54,232 bases of DNA. Source: an uncultured Candidatus Sumerlaeota bacterium (GTDB lineage: Bacteria > CAYMEV01). Under the pieces are notes generated by a model. That model saw nothing but the letters and a program-made list of their open reading frames with translations, did no database searches and had not been told where the DNA came from. Numbering within the stretch: position 1 is the first letter of the stretch; every line of letters starts with the position of its first letter. Position numbers and translations under genes: made by a program. Where the stretch lies: assembly GCA_964389675.1 (NCBI GenBank), contig CAYMEV010000004.1:124001-178232 (forward strand), in the 5' to 3' direction. This document shows, piece by piece, positions 18,151 through 30,582 of this stretch.

Positions 18151-18922
18151 TTCTTAAGCTTTCCGTTATATTATCCCTGCTGACGAACAGGTATCTTTCA
18201 ACAAGGCCCTGAATCTGGGAATTGAATGAAACCATCTCGTTCTGCATTTTTCTTATGGTGTTGACCAGGTAATTATAGGAAATAACGGCAGGGATCGCTG
18301 TTATCAGGCCCGCTGCAGTAGTTATAAGCGCCTGGGCCAGCCCTGGGGCTACAGCGCTAATGGATACTGAACCCTGCAGGCCCAGCGCCTGGAATGATGT
18401 CATAAGGCCCCAGACAGTACCGAAGAGCCCCAGGAACGGGGAGACGCTTCCTGCAGTTGCAAGGATACCAAGGGACCTTTCAAACCTTGACAGGATCTCT
18501 GATGATTCCGCATTGGATGCCCTTACAAATGCATTTGTATAGAAGTTCAGGTCCTGTGTTATCCTCCTGTCCCTTTTGACCTTCAGCTGCTCCTTGATCT
18601 CAAGCAGGCCGCTCAAAGAGGCTTTTGCCAGTACATTGTTCTTTGCCTTGGAAAAGATCATGATCAGGTCTCCGGGGCTTTTATCCTTCAGGCGCTTCTT
18701 GAACAGCCTTTTGAACCTGTCAATATTAAGCTTGTTTATGGTGAACTGTATATATTTCGTAATAAATATTCCCCATGAGAAGATGCTTATAAAAAGCAGT
18801 ATAAGAAGTATGATTTTTGATACTGTCCCTGTCTGGTGTATCAGCGAGAATACAGCGCTGTCTATGTTCATTTCGGAATTACCTGCTGTACCGGCCAGTG
18901 AATTGATAATTGTAAGATCCAT
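18140..18922 (-). CDS. tolQ: TolQ/ExbB
   Basis: SPFLGLFGTVWG, VAPGLAQALITTAAGL. Confidence 0.9.
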   Translation of the reverse strand: MDLTIINSLAGTAGNSEMNIDSAVFSLIHQTGTVSKIILLILLFISIFSWGIFITKYIQFTINKLNIDRFKRLFKKRLKDKSPGDLIMIFSKAKNNVLAKASLSGLLEIKEQLKVKRDRRITQDLNFYTNAFVRASNAESSEILSRFERSLGILATAGSVSPFLGLFGTVWGLMTSFQALGLQGSVSISAVAPGLAQALITTAAGLITAIPAVISYNYLVNTIRKMQNEMVSFNSQIQGLVERYLFVSRDNITESLRNVP

Positions 18923-19092
18923 AATATTACCCTCTGGATGACTTATTATTAAACAAAGAGATGTATGATTTGTTTCCTCATATAAGATAATTTTACCAAT
19001 ACTGTTAGTTTAGTCTCCAGATTTTTTTTTTGCAACTAATTTAATAATAATGTAACCTTTTTTTTGCATAATAAAAAAACCAGGAGTTATAT

Positions 19093-20463
19093 ATGAAGGG
19101 CTACATTGAAAATCTGATGAACCGGTACAAAAGCGAATGTGATTATCTGGAGATAAGGCACGAAGAACGAGAATCCTTGTCTATCAGCTATGATAATGGG
19201 GCGATTTCTGATACTGGAAGTTCCTTAAGCAGCGGCATGGCTGTCCGTGCCTTGATAAACGGAGGCTGGGGGTTTGCCTCATTTACAAACCCGTCCTACC
19301 TCGAACCATATATCAAATATGCAGTAAAACAGGCAAGGCTTGTATCAGGACAGCCGTTCTCCCTTGCAGAAACCAGTGTTGTCAATGATGAAATACTGGT
19401 AAACCCGGACAATGACCCCCGTAATATACCCCTCAAGGAGAAGATATTCCTTCTTGACAGGTATAATGATATTATAAAGAAGTACAGCGGGAAGGGCATA
19501 AAATCAAGGATCATATATTTTGACAAATTCTCCAGAAAGACCTTCCATAATTCAGAAGGCACATATATATACACTGAAGGGGTTGATATCGCAGGAAGCC
19601 TCGTTCCTGTGGGTATGATAGGAAATAATGTCCAGAGTATAGGGGTTTCATTCGGTTCGTCATCCACATTTGATGTTGCCTATGGGCATGACGAGGACAT
19701 TCTTTCCAAATGCGAGCTTGTGCTCAAACTGCTTAAAGCTCCCATAGTTAAAGGCGGAAGATACCCGATCATACTCGACCCTGCATTGACAGGGGTCTTT
19801 ACTCATGAGGCTTTCGGGCATCTCTCTGAAGGAGACAATGTATCCAATAATAAACAGCTTAGAGAGGTGATGGTATTAGGCAGGGAATTCGGCTCCAGTG
19901 TCCTTAATATATACGATTCAGGCCTGGTTGAGGGAAGCCGGGGTTACATGAAATATGATGATGAGGGCGTAAAGACTCAAAAGACATACCTTATTAAAGA
20001 GGGTAAGCTGACTGGAAGGCTTCACTCCAGGGAAACAGCAGCAAAGCTTTCAGAAAAGCCTTCAGGAAATGCAAGGGCTGTATCCTGCAGCTATCCCCCG
20101 ATCCCAAGAATGACCTCTACAAATATCGAACAGGGCACCAGCACTTTTCATGACCTTATCAGGGATATTGAACTTGGAGTATATGCAATAGATGCTAAGG
20201 GAGGCCAGACAAACGGTGAAATGTTCACATTCATGGCAGGATACGGATATATGATAAGGAACGGTGAGATTGCAGAGATGGTGAGGGACATCAATCTTAC
20301 CGGCAATGTATTTGTAACGCTGAAGAATATTGATGCTGTGGGAGATGACCATATCATCCACGAATCACCGGGGGGTTGCGGCAAGGGTGGCCAGTACCCG
20401 CTTCCTGTATCCCATGGAGGCCCCCATATCAGAATACAAGATGTTACTGTAGGAGGAAGGTAG
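19093..20463 (+). CDS. tldD: TldD metalloprotease
   Basis: HEAFGH, DDEG, PRM, CGKGGQ. Confidence 0.9.
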   Translation: MKGYIENLMNRYKSECDYLEIRHEERESLSISYDNGAISDTGSSLSSGMAVRALINGGWGFASFTNPSYLEPYIKYAVKQARLVSGQPFSLAETSVVNDEILVNPDNDPRNIPLKEKIFLLDRYNDIIKKYSGKGIKSRIIYFDKFSRKTFHNSEGTYIYTEGVDIAGSLVPVGMIGNNVQSIGVSFGSSSTFDVAYGHDEDILSKCELVLKLLKAPIVKGGRYPIILDPALTGVFTHEAFGHLSEGDNVSNNKQLREVMVLGREFGSSVLNIYDSGLVEGSRGYMKYDDEGVKTQKTYLIKEGKLTGRLHSRETAAKLSEKPSGNARAVSCSYPPIPRMTSTNIEQGTSTFHDLIRDIELGVYAIDAKGGQTNGEMFTFMAGYGYMIRNGEIAEMVRDINLTGNVFVTLKNIDAVGDDHIIHESPGGCGKGGQYPLPVSHGGPHIRIQDVTVGGR

Positions 20464-20464
20464 A

Positions 20465-21796
20465 ATGAAATATTTTGAGGAAATTGCAAAGCAGAACAAT
20501 GTAAGCAAATGGGACCTTTTTTATATAAACAGCATGCAGAAATCGATAAGCTTTGAGGACACAAAGCTTGAAAAGATCGATAATTCAAACTCTGAAGGGA
20601 TAGGCATAAGGGTTATAAGGAACGGCAAAACAGGATTCAGCACGGCTCCCGGCCTTGATAATAAGATTGAATGCCTGAAAAAAGCCATTGATATCTCAAA
20701 CTATGGCGAGGAGATTGACCTTGACCTGCCTGCTGACAGCATAAACAACAGCAAAGATTATATCAATCCGGAGATAGAGAACCTGAGCCTTGAGGAAATG
20801 GTCGAACAGGGCAGGATCATAGTTGATTTCCTGAAGGCCGGCGCTCCGAAGTATATGCCTCACAGCACCATTGCAAATGATATACATGAAGTCAGGATAT
20901 ATAATTCAAACGGATTGTCCTCAAGCTACAGAAAGAGCCAGTATGTTTCCTTTTTCGGCTGCTCACTCATTGAGGAAGGCAACTTCATCAAGAGGCACAA
21001 GGCTATCATAAAGAATGAAAAGGACATATATGATGAAAAAATGCTGGAGAGGCTCCTTCTGGAGATGGAAGCCCTTGAAAAGAAAGCTGATGTTTCAAAG
21101 GGGCTCTATGAAGTTGTCTTCACCCCCAATGCTGTGATGAGCATCATGCTTGCATTCTGGAAGGGGATCTCGGGCAATGCTGTGGAAAAGGGCCTTTCTC
21201 CCCTGAATGGGAGGCTTACAGAGCAGATATTTGACAGGGCTTTCAATATCATCAGCGACCCTGTTGACAGATCGCTTCCCGACTGTGTCCCGTTTGATGA
21301 TGAAGGGGTCAGGGCGGAGAAGGTTAATATAGTGTCAGAAGGATACCTGGAAAATTACCTTCTTGACCTGAGGTCTGCATACAAGCTGAAAATGACCCCC
21401 AATGGGCACGGGATCAGGATAAAGGGCCTAATGGGCGGCAAAACTCATGCAGTAACTCCATCACCCGTTCCTGTGAACCTGCAGATACTTCCGGGGGCTG
21501 TTGAGAAGGAGGACATGGTAAGCAGCATGAAAGAAGGCCTCATTATTGACGATATTATGGGAATACTTATGAGCAACCTTATCTCAGGCGAATTTTCAGG
21601 AAATATCTCAACAGGAATAAGGGTCTCCAATGGCAAAAGGATAGGAAGGGTCAAGGACTGCATGGTTTCCGGGAATATCTACGAGCTGTTCAGGGACAGC
21701 CTGCTTGGCATATCCTCCAATACAATGCCCTGCATAACCCTTGGATTTTCCGGCATAATGCCCTATCTGCACCTTAAGGATATATTTATCTCATAG
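20465..21796 (+). CDS. pmbA: TldE/PmbA
   Basis: PFDDEG, SGEFS, no HExxH; follows tldD. Confidence 0.85.
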   Translation: MKYFEEIAKQNNVSKWDLFYINSMQKSISFEDTKLEKIDNSNSEGIGIRVIRNGKTGFSTAPGLDNKIECLKKAIDISNYGEEIDLDLPADSINNSKDYINPEIENLSLEEMVEQGRIIVDFLKAGAPKYMPHSTIANDIHEVRIYNSNGLSSSYRKSQYVSFFGCSLIEEGNFIKRHKAIIKNEKDIYDEKMLERLLLEMEALEKKADVSKGLYEVVFTPNAVMSIMLAFWKGISGNAVEKGLSPLNGRLTEQIFDRAFNIISDPVDRSLPDCVPFDDEGVRAEKVNIVSEGYLENYLLDLRSAYKLKMTPNGHGIRIKGLMGGKTHAVTPSPVPVNLQILPGAVEKEDMVSSMKEGLIIDDIMGILMSNLISGEFSGNISTGIRVSNGKRIGRVKDCMVSGNIYELFRDSLLGISSNTMPCITLGFSGIMPYLHLKDIFIS

Positions 21797-21818
21797 AATA
21801 TCAGGATCAGAAGGGAAC

Positions 21819-23078
21819 CTAAAGCCTGTCGCGGGGATATATAAACCGGGTTCCCTTTTTAATGATGCCCCTGCTGTCAGGACTGCCGAGGTGCATTATC
21901 ATGCCCCTTGGCACATTGAGGTATTCCACAAGCTCCTCAACTGACATGTCATTGTCTATCCTGACGGAATTCCAGTGTATGAGGTGCTTTTCGTCAATAT
22001 CCGCCAGCCTGCATGAAGTGCCTGTGTAAATGTTTATTGTATATCCGCCTGCTGAATAGGGGATTATCCCCTTTTTTATATCAGGGTTGAGAAAATAGAA
22101 GTCGGCCTCGCTGATGTCAATATATCTCAGAAGGTCAGCAACCCTGATCGAAAATGGTATCACAACATGTGTTATATTGTGGTGTCCCTGGAAATATGAA
22201 AGGTCAATATTATCAATTAGGTACATAAAGGATCTCACATAGTTTTCCGTCTCCCCGGGGAGCATGCCGGATTTCAGCAGGACAGGCATTTCATCGGACC
22301 TGATGCTTTCAATAATGCGGGCAAGCCTTGTTTCACCGCAGTTGTATGCCGCAAGGGCAAGCTCCCATTTTCCGAACCTTTCATAAAGGTAGCTTAAATA
22401 TCTTGCTGCCGCCTTGCCTGAGGCGAAGGGGTCCAGCCTCTTGTCAGCCCAGTAATTGACAGGCAGGCCATAAGATTCTGCAGTAGGCTCCATAAACTGC
22501 CACATTCCGACAGCACCCTTCGGGCTTACGGCGCTCGGGTCAAAACCGCTTTCCAGAAGGGGAAGCAGGCTAAATTCCACAGGAACTTCATATCTGGCCA
22601 TCTCAGACCTGAAATAAGGTATGAACATTTCCCCCACCATATATACAGTTTCCATATATGCATCGGAAAGGTAGGCCTTGTCCTTCCCAATCTCAAGGGG
22701 GAAAATATCCTTATTGCAGGCCCCCCTCCTTTTATCGTGCATGACCCATCTTTCACTGTAATCAAGGTCCAGCTTGTCCCTTAAATTAAAATTTATCTTC
22801 AGGGCCAGGTCCATCAGCTCATTATACCTTCTGTCCTTTCTCTCCTTTGCCTCATTAAGCAATAGAAGGGCATCGTATACATTGCTGTAGGACATCTCAT
22901 ACAGTCCCAGATCATAGTACATTACAGCATCTTTTATATGCCTGTCTATTATTGAGGCATTGCTGTCAGCCTGCTGAACCTGAACAGGGTAGAAGGTTTT
23001 TTCAGGCATGCCGGCATAGCATGATACAAATGCTATCAGGAGCACAGAAAGCAATACAGCCTTAATCGAGTTTTTCAT
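21819..23078 (-). CDS. MltD-like lytic transglycosylase (probable lipoprotein)
   Basis: LESGF, GAVGMWQFM, ALAAYNCGE, ETENYV; degenerate LysM-like tail. Confidence 0.8.
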   Translation of the reverse strand: MKNSIKAVLLSVLLIAFVSCYAGMPEKTFYPVQVQQADSNASIIDRHIKDAVMYYDLGLYEMSYSNVYDALLLLNEAKERKDRRYNELMDLALKINFNLRDKLDLDYSERWVMHDKRRGACNKDIFPLEIGKDKAYLSDAYMETVYMVGEMFIPYFRSEMARYEVPVEFSLLPLLESGFDPSAVSPKGAVGMWQFMEPTAESYGLPVNYWADKRLDPFASGKAAARYLSYLYERFGKWELALAAYNCGETRLARIIESIRSDEMPVLLKSGMLPGETENYVRSFMYLIDNIDLSYFQGHHNITHVVIPFSIRVADLLRYIDISEADFYFLNPDIKKGIIPYSAGGYTINIYTGTSCRLADIDEKHLIHWNSVRIDNDMSVEELVEYLNVPRGMIMHLGSPDSRGIIKKGTRFIYPRDRL

Positions 23079-24615
23079 ACTTCAGCCTCTTGGACAGCCT
23101 GCCATCGTGTATATAATACTCTGCCATTATTCCGCTGTAGCTTTTCTCGCTTTTCTCTATCATATCAATGATACCCCCTATGTCATAACCGAGAAGATAG
23201 TATTTATCCTGCTCATAAAGGCCATGTTCCTTCAGGGCATCGTTTATCCTTGAAAGAAGGGGCATATGGGTCAGAATTTCTCTGTACCTGAAGCCCTTCA
23301 GCCTGGAAGCATAGCTGCCCATATCATTGAGAAGGTATATCTGCCTGATATTTTCAAGGCTTATCCAGTTTATTTCATTGAGGACAATGAATATCTCCTC
23401 GGCTGAGCCGTCAATGACTATATATCTTATCTGTTCTTTTTCCTGTCCGGTTAAATAGCCTGCAGTATCAGCCTTAAAAACGCAGTTCTTCAGCAGATTG
23501 AAAATAGCCGGTTTCTGCTCCCAGTCACGCAGTATGACCAGGGTCCTCTCCTCTGCAATGAGCGGATCATGCCTTATCAGGTATTCTGCCTTATCCCTGA
23601 GGGATATGACCGGCTGGATAATATTTCCTCCTTCCTGATTAAAAGATGAGCTTACAGGGATATAGAACCTCGATTTTCTGCTGGCAGTATCCCGGTCTGT
23701 CAGTTCATACCTTATAAGCCTGCTGTCCTGGCTTTCCAGGCTTATCTTCCGGCCCATCCTGCTGAAATATTCCCTTATGCCCCCTGCCAGCATCTCATAT
23801 TCACTGCTTTTGCTGTCATATGAGAGATTCATAAGTATATAGACCGGCATATTAAGAAAGGATTTCTTCAGTTCCCTGTATGAATTATGGGTTATCAACC
23901 CCCTGCCGTACAGAGTGTTAATGTAACTGATCCCCTCGTCCACCATCCTGTTTTCATAATAATGCTTAAGAACCCTGTTGATGATCCGCTCTCTTTCAGG
24001 TATATCATAAAGGCTTATTGCCTCAAGCAGGCCGGTATCGGTTATAAGGTCTGCCAGGCCGGCATCCTCCGAACTGCGGATAAGCCCTGCTATGCTTTTT
24101 GTGTCCCCGGCTTTTATAAGCAGTTTCAGGTAATACAGAAGATAGGTCTTGTACTCGGTATCCGAAAGCCTGTTTATATTAAGCCTGCTTAGCAGGATCG
24201 ATGCTTTATCATGCATTTTGTTCTCAATAAGGTATATTGCATGATAAAGAGGGAAAACTTTATCCCTGTTTTCGCACTTGCCCATCAGGTTCAGGAATTC
24301 CTCCCTGCCGCAGTGAAACATCAGTGCGGCCGATTCCCGTCTTGTCATGTCCAGCCTGTATCCTGAAAGGGAGAATATCCCGCAGGCATCCTCGACATTT
24401 CCCATAAAAAGCTCAATATATGCTTTATTAAGCGTATACTGGTCAGTATTGATCCTGTTTGCCCTGTAATCCGCCTCATTTGCCTGCATTGCCTTCTGAA
24501 AATCACCCCTGAATAAAAAATATTCGATCGCCTTAAGATCAAGGCCTGTCAGTATCATAAGCACTGCAAAAACAATGAGTGCCTTTCCCCATGCCCTATT
24601 TTTTAATTCTTCCAT
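23062..24615 (-). CDS. Exported helical hypothetical protein, possibly LpoA-like
   Basis: N-terminal TM/signal, TPR-like helices, C-terminal YLLGYD; overlaps both neighbours; product tentative. Confidence 0.4.
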   Translation of the reverse strand: MEELKNRAWGKALIVFAVLMILTGLDLKAIEYFLFRGDFQKAMQANEADYRANRINTDQYTLNKAYIELFMGNVEDACGIFSLSGYRLDMTRRESAALMFHCGREEFLNLMGKCENRDKVFPLYHAIYLIENKMHDKASILLSRLNINRLSDTEYKTYLLYYLKLLIKAGDTKSIAGLIRSSEDAGLADLITDTGLLEAISLYDIPERERIINRVLKHYYENRMVDEGISYINTLYGRGLITHNSYRELKKSFLNMPVYILMNLSYDSKSSEYEMLAGGIREYFSRMGRKISLESQDSRLIRYELTDRDTASRKSRFYIPVSSSFNQEGGNIIQPVISLRDKAEYLIRHDPLIAEERTLVILRDWEQKPAIFNLLKNCVFKADTAGYLTGQEKEQIRYIVIDGSAEEIFIVLNEINWISLENIRQIYLLNDMGSYASRLKGFRYREILTHMPLLSRINDALKEHGLYEQDKYYLLGYDIGGIIDMIEKSEKSYSGIMAEYYIHDGRLSKRLKYEKLD

Positions 24616-25591
24616 GGTAGGTAACTTTCAGAATCTCTGTAATATCCTCTGCCTTTGCCTTTATGGTTATCTCTCCGAAGAAGTCCCGTTCCAGGCCTGA
24701 GGGGTCTAATGAGACTATTAATTCAATAATATTGTCGGCGATCCTTTCTGTATTAAATTCCAGTATCCCTTCCCTGCTGCTGGTTATTTCCAGGATATCC
24801 AGGCTTTTTAGGTCCTCTGCCTTTACTGCAATCCTTTTAACCTGTATTTCATCCTCCCCTGACAGGGAACCGAATGGTATATCCGTTTTGTCCGATATTA
24901 TGTATCCGGTTGCATTTGCAAGGGCATCAATGGTTATCGTGCTGAACATCTCATTATCCGTCTTTACCGTCAGCCTGTCCAAATGCCTTCCCTCGCTTTC
25001 ATACTGAAGGGTAAGGGTAAGCTTCTTTCTGTAGCTGCTGATCTCATCTACCATGATATTGAGGCAGTTCCCGCTTGAAAATGATGTTCCGGTTATTCTG
25101 AAATCGGACTTATTGTCTGTCTCGATATACAGAGAGCACTGCCTTTTTTCCCCCCTGGTTATCTTCCTTATTACTATGCCGGGGGGGGATACTGCATAGA
25201 AGCCTGAGATATATGCACTTACGGGAATGAAGAACTTCTTTTCCTTCCCTTTCAGCACATAGGCCACCTCGATCGTTTCCTCCAGCCTGCCGAGTATGTT
25301 CTCCGCCTTGAGCCTGAGCTTATACAGCTTTTTGCCTTCCCGGTCCTTTGAAGATGCTTTTTCCTTCTGGATCTCAAGGTTCCTGTTGTCTACCGCAATA
25401 TCCTTTAATAAGACATCCTCAGGGGACAGGCCGTCTGCGTGATCGATCTCTATCTCAAAACCAAGGAAATACTCCCTTCCCTGGTATATATTCCCGAAAT
25501 CCAGTTTCTCCGGCCTGGCCAGGATCACTTCAGAGGAGCCTGAGAGGCAGAATATCTGAAGCATCATGATAAGAAGCAACATTCTTTTCAT
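24596..25591 (-). CDS. Exported Ig-like repeat protein (DUF1573-like)
   Basis: Signal peptide; three beta-rich units (LDFGNI, GIVIRKI, IPFGSL). Confidence 0.55.
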   Translation of the reverse strand: MKRMLLLIMMLQIFCLSGSSEVILARPEKLDFGNIYQGREYFLGFEIEIDHADGLSPEDVLLKDIAVDNRNLEIQKEKASSKDREGKKLYKLRLKAENILGRLEETIEVAYVLKGKEKKFFIPVSAYISGFYAVSPPGIVIRKITRGEKRQCSLYIETDNKSDFRITGTSFSSGNCLNIMVDEISSYRKKLTLTLQYESEGRHLDRLTVKTDNEMFSTITIDALANATGYIISDKTDIPFGSLSGEDEIQVKRIAVKAEDLKSLDILEITSSREGILEFNTERIADNIIELIVSLDPSGLERDFFGEITIKAKAEDITEILKVTYHGRIKK

Positions 25592-25620
25592 ATAATCACC
25601 AGCCTTTTTTATATACTGAA

Positions 25621-25649
25621 ATAATACAAATTTCCAGTTTATAAGTCAA
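25621..25649 (-). promoter_or_regulatory. sigma70-type promoter for the 25591 operon
   Basis: TTGACT-N17-TATTAT on minus strand. Confidence 0.5.
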
Positions 25650-25806
25650 TATTACAAAGAATAGACCTTTATTGTTCTGTTACTCTTATCAGCATTGCAA
25701 AATCCAATAAAAATATAGCTGAGATGATGCAAAATTTTATTGAAAAATAATCAGATCCATAATAACATAGATTTATTAGCAATAAAAGATAAAAGAGGGG
25801 TATGAT

Positions 25807-26925
25807 ATGGAACTTTCAGTACAAAAGAATGAATTGCTCAGTGCACTTGAAAAGATTGAGGGGATCATTGATGTAAAGCGCCTTCTTCCTATTTTGACGC
25901 ACTGTCTCTTTACGGCTAAAGATGACTCTATACAGCTTTTTGGAACAGACCTTAATATCTCTGTCATCACGAAATGCCAGGCTGATATTGTCAATCCTGG
26001 CAAAATTGTAGTACCTGCCAAGAAATTCTACGAATTATTGAGGGATTTCCCGGAAGGCAGGCTTTTATTAAAGTATGATGAAACAACGAACAGGCTTATG
26101 ATAAAGATGGACAATTACCAGTTTGCACTGGCATGCGCCATTATTGAGGACTACCCCTCTATCCCTGATTATAAGTCTGAGGATACAATAGAGTTCTGTG
26201 CTTCATTCCTCTCCAATATAATCAAAAGGATACAGTTCTGCATAAGCACTATCCGCCAGCACATAGGCCTGACCGGAATGATAATGGATTTCAGGGCAAA
26301 GAGCATAGCATGCGCCACTACTGACGGCCACAGGCTGTCTGTAGGCGAATTTTACATGCCAAAATACTCCGAGGACTTCAAATACCTGACTCAGCTGAGG
26401 CATATAAGCAAAAAGACCATAACAGAATATGTAAAGCTTTTCTCGAACGATGAGGATATCAGGTGCTATGTTCTCGACAGGGGTATCTCCTTTGAGCAGG
26501 ACAACACAGTACTGATCTCAAAGTTCCTTGAGCTTGACTATCCCAATTATGCATCCCTTATTCCCACAAAGATTGCAAAGATATACCAGCTCAACAGGCT
26601 CGACACCATAAGCGCTGTAAGGACGACAGCCCCTCTCTCTAACGAGCTTACCAACAGCGTCAAGTTTGATTTTACTGAAAATGAGCTGAGGATACGGTCT
26701 TCAGATTCACAGATCGGCATGGGTGAGGTCAAGATCGAGGTTATGCCGACATATCCTCAGGATAAATATTCCATGGAGTTCAATGCCTTTTATCTCATTG
26801 ACATCCTGAACTCCCTTTCTGAAGAGACTTTTGAGCTCTGTGTCCAGGAAAGCCCCAAAGACTCAGTAATAATGCGGGACAAGGAAAGAACGCATTTCAC
26901 TTATGTCCTGATGCCCCTTTCCTAA
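25807..26925 (+). CDS. dnaN: DNA polymerase III beta clamp
   Basis: GTDL, ATTDGHRL, YPNY, FNAFYL, VLMPL. Confidence 0.95.
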   Translation: MELSVQKNELLSALEKIEGIIDVKRLLPILTHCLFTAKDDSIQLFGTDLNISVITKCQADIVNPGKIVVPAKKFYELLRDFPEGRLLLKYDETTNRLMIKMDNYQFALACAIIEDYPSIPDYKSEDTIEFCASFLSNIIKRIQFCISTIRQHIGLTGMIMDFRAKSIACATTDGHRLSVGEFYMPKYSEDFKYLTQLRHISKKTITEYVKLFSNDEDIRCYVLDRGISFEQDNTVLISKFLELDYPNYASLIPTKIAKIYQLNRLDTISAVRTTAPLSNELTNSVKFDFTENELRIRSSDSQIGMGEVKIEVMPTYPQDKYSMEFNAFYLIDILNSLSEETFELCVQESPKDSVIMRDKERTHFTYVLMPLS

Positions 26926-26963
26926 AGGGATTAAAGCTCTTTTTACCCTCTCTGGCATAATTT

Positions 26964-28052
26964 ATGTACTTGGAAAATATTGTTATACAAAATTTCAGGA
27001 ATATTGAAAAAGCGGAATTGGAATTCAAAAGCAGGTTCATCCTGGTTACCGGCGATAATGCACAGGGGAAGACCAACCTTCTGGAATCAGTCTATTATCT
27101 GCTGAATGCACGCAGTTTTCTTGACTCAAAGATAGAAAGCATACTGCAGTTTGATAAAGCCTCTTTCTGGCTGAGGGGCACAGTAGACAAAAGCCCGAAC
27201 CGCTTTGAATCTGTAATAAGCTGGCTTTCATCTACCAAGCGTGTAATGGTGAACAGCAAAGCAGTCAGGTCCATGTCAGAATATCAGAAATATTTCTCAT
27301 GCGTACATTCAAGCTCGGCCCAGACAGAGGAGTTCTCAAGGGGCCCGGGATGGCGCAGAAGGATGCTTGACAGGCTTGTCATGCAGATTGAACATCCCTA
27401 TATCAGGCTGATGGGCGATTATTACAAAACTATTAAAAGCAGGAATATCCTCCTGAAGAGGAAGGCTTTCGATGATGCCCTGTTCGAGCAATATACCGCA
27501 TCCCTTGTGGATCTGTGCTCAAAGATAATGGGTTTCAGGATGAAATACCTGAGATTATTTTCAGAAACCTATGACAGGGTCTTCCTTGACCTCTTTGGAA
27601 AGCTCCTGCCCTCACTCAGGCCTGTCCTGCTTCTTAACGGCAGTATAATGGACGAATCCTCCAGTTTTTATGATATATTCTCCTCGCTCTCCTCAAAGAA
27701 CCTTGCAGATGACATGAGAACAGGCTTTACTACCTGGGGCCTTTCAAAGACAGATTTTCTGTTTTATCTTGACAGCAGGCCAATAATCAGGTATTCTTCT
27801 CGTGGTCAGTTAAAGCTTATTATAATTCTTCTGTTACTTGTACAGTCGGAGATTATCAGGGGAATTGAATCCTCTTCACCCGTCCTGGTCATTGATGATA
27901 TGTTTGGTGAAATGGGCGATTCATTCATTGAAACTCTTCTGGACTATTTGAATGCTTTTGATCAGGTCTTTATATCAAGTATAAAAAACAACCTTGGTTT
28001 ACGTGAACATGACCTGATTATCATGAAAAACGGAAATCCTGTAAAGGGGTGA
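26964..28052 (+). CDS. recF: RecF
   Basis: NFRN, GDNAQGKTNLLE, RRRMLD, SRGQ, LVIDD. Confidence 0.9.
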   Translation: MYLENIVIQNFRNIEKAELEFKSRFILVTGDNAQGKTNLLESVYYLLNARSFLDSKIESILQFDKASFWLRGTVDKSPNRFESVISWLSSTKRVMVNSKAVRSMSEYQKYFSCVHSSSAQTEEFSRGPGWRRRMLDRLVMQIEHPYIRLMGDYYKTIKSRNILLKRKAFDDALFEQYTASLVDLCSKIMGFRMKYLRLFSETYDRVFLDLFGKLLPSLRPVLLLNGSIMDESSSFYDIFSSLSSKNLADDMRTGFTTWGLSKTDFLFYLDSRPIIRYSSRGQLKLIIILLLLVQSEIIRGIESSSPVLVIDDMFGEMGDSFIETLLDYLNAFDQVFISSIKNNLGLREHDLIIMKNGNPVKG

Positions 28053-28057
28053 TTTAA

Positions 28058-30541
<2,484 letters not shown>

Positions 30542-30582
30542 CAGCTTTTAATAAGAAAACCAGGAGGTTGCAATAAACATAA

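Noticed and set aside
19093-21796. TldDE as part of a RiPP cluster
   Set aside because: No precursor, YcaO or other modification genes adjacent
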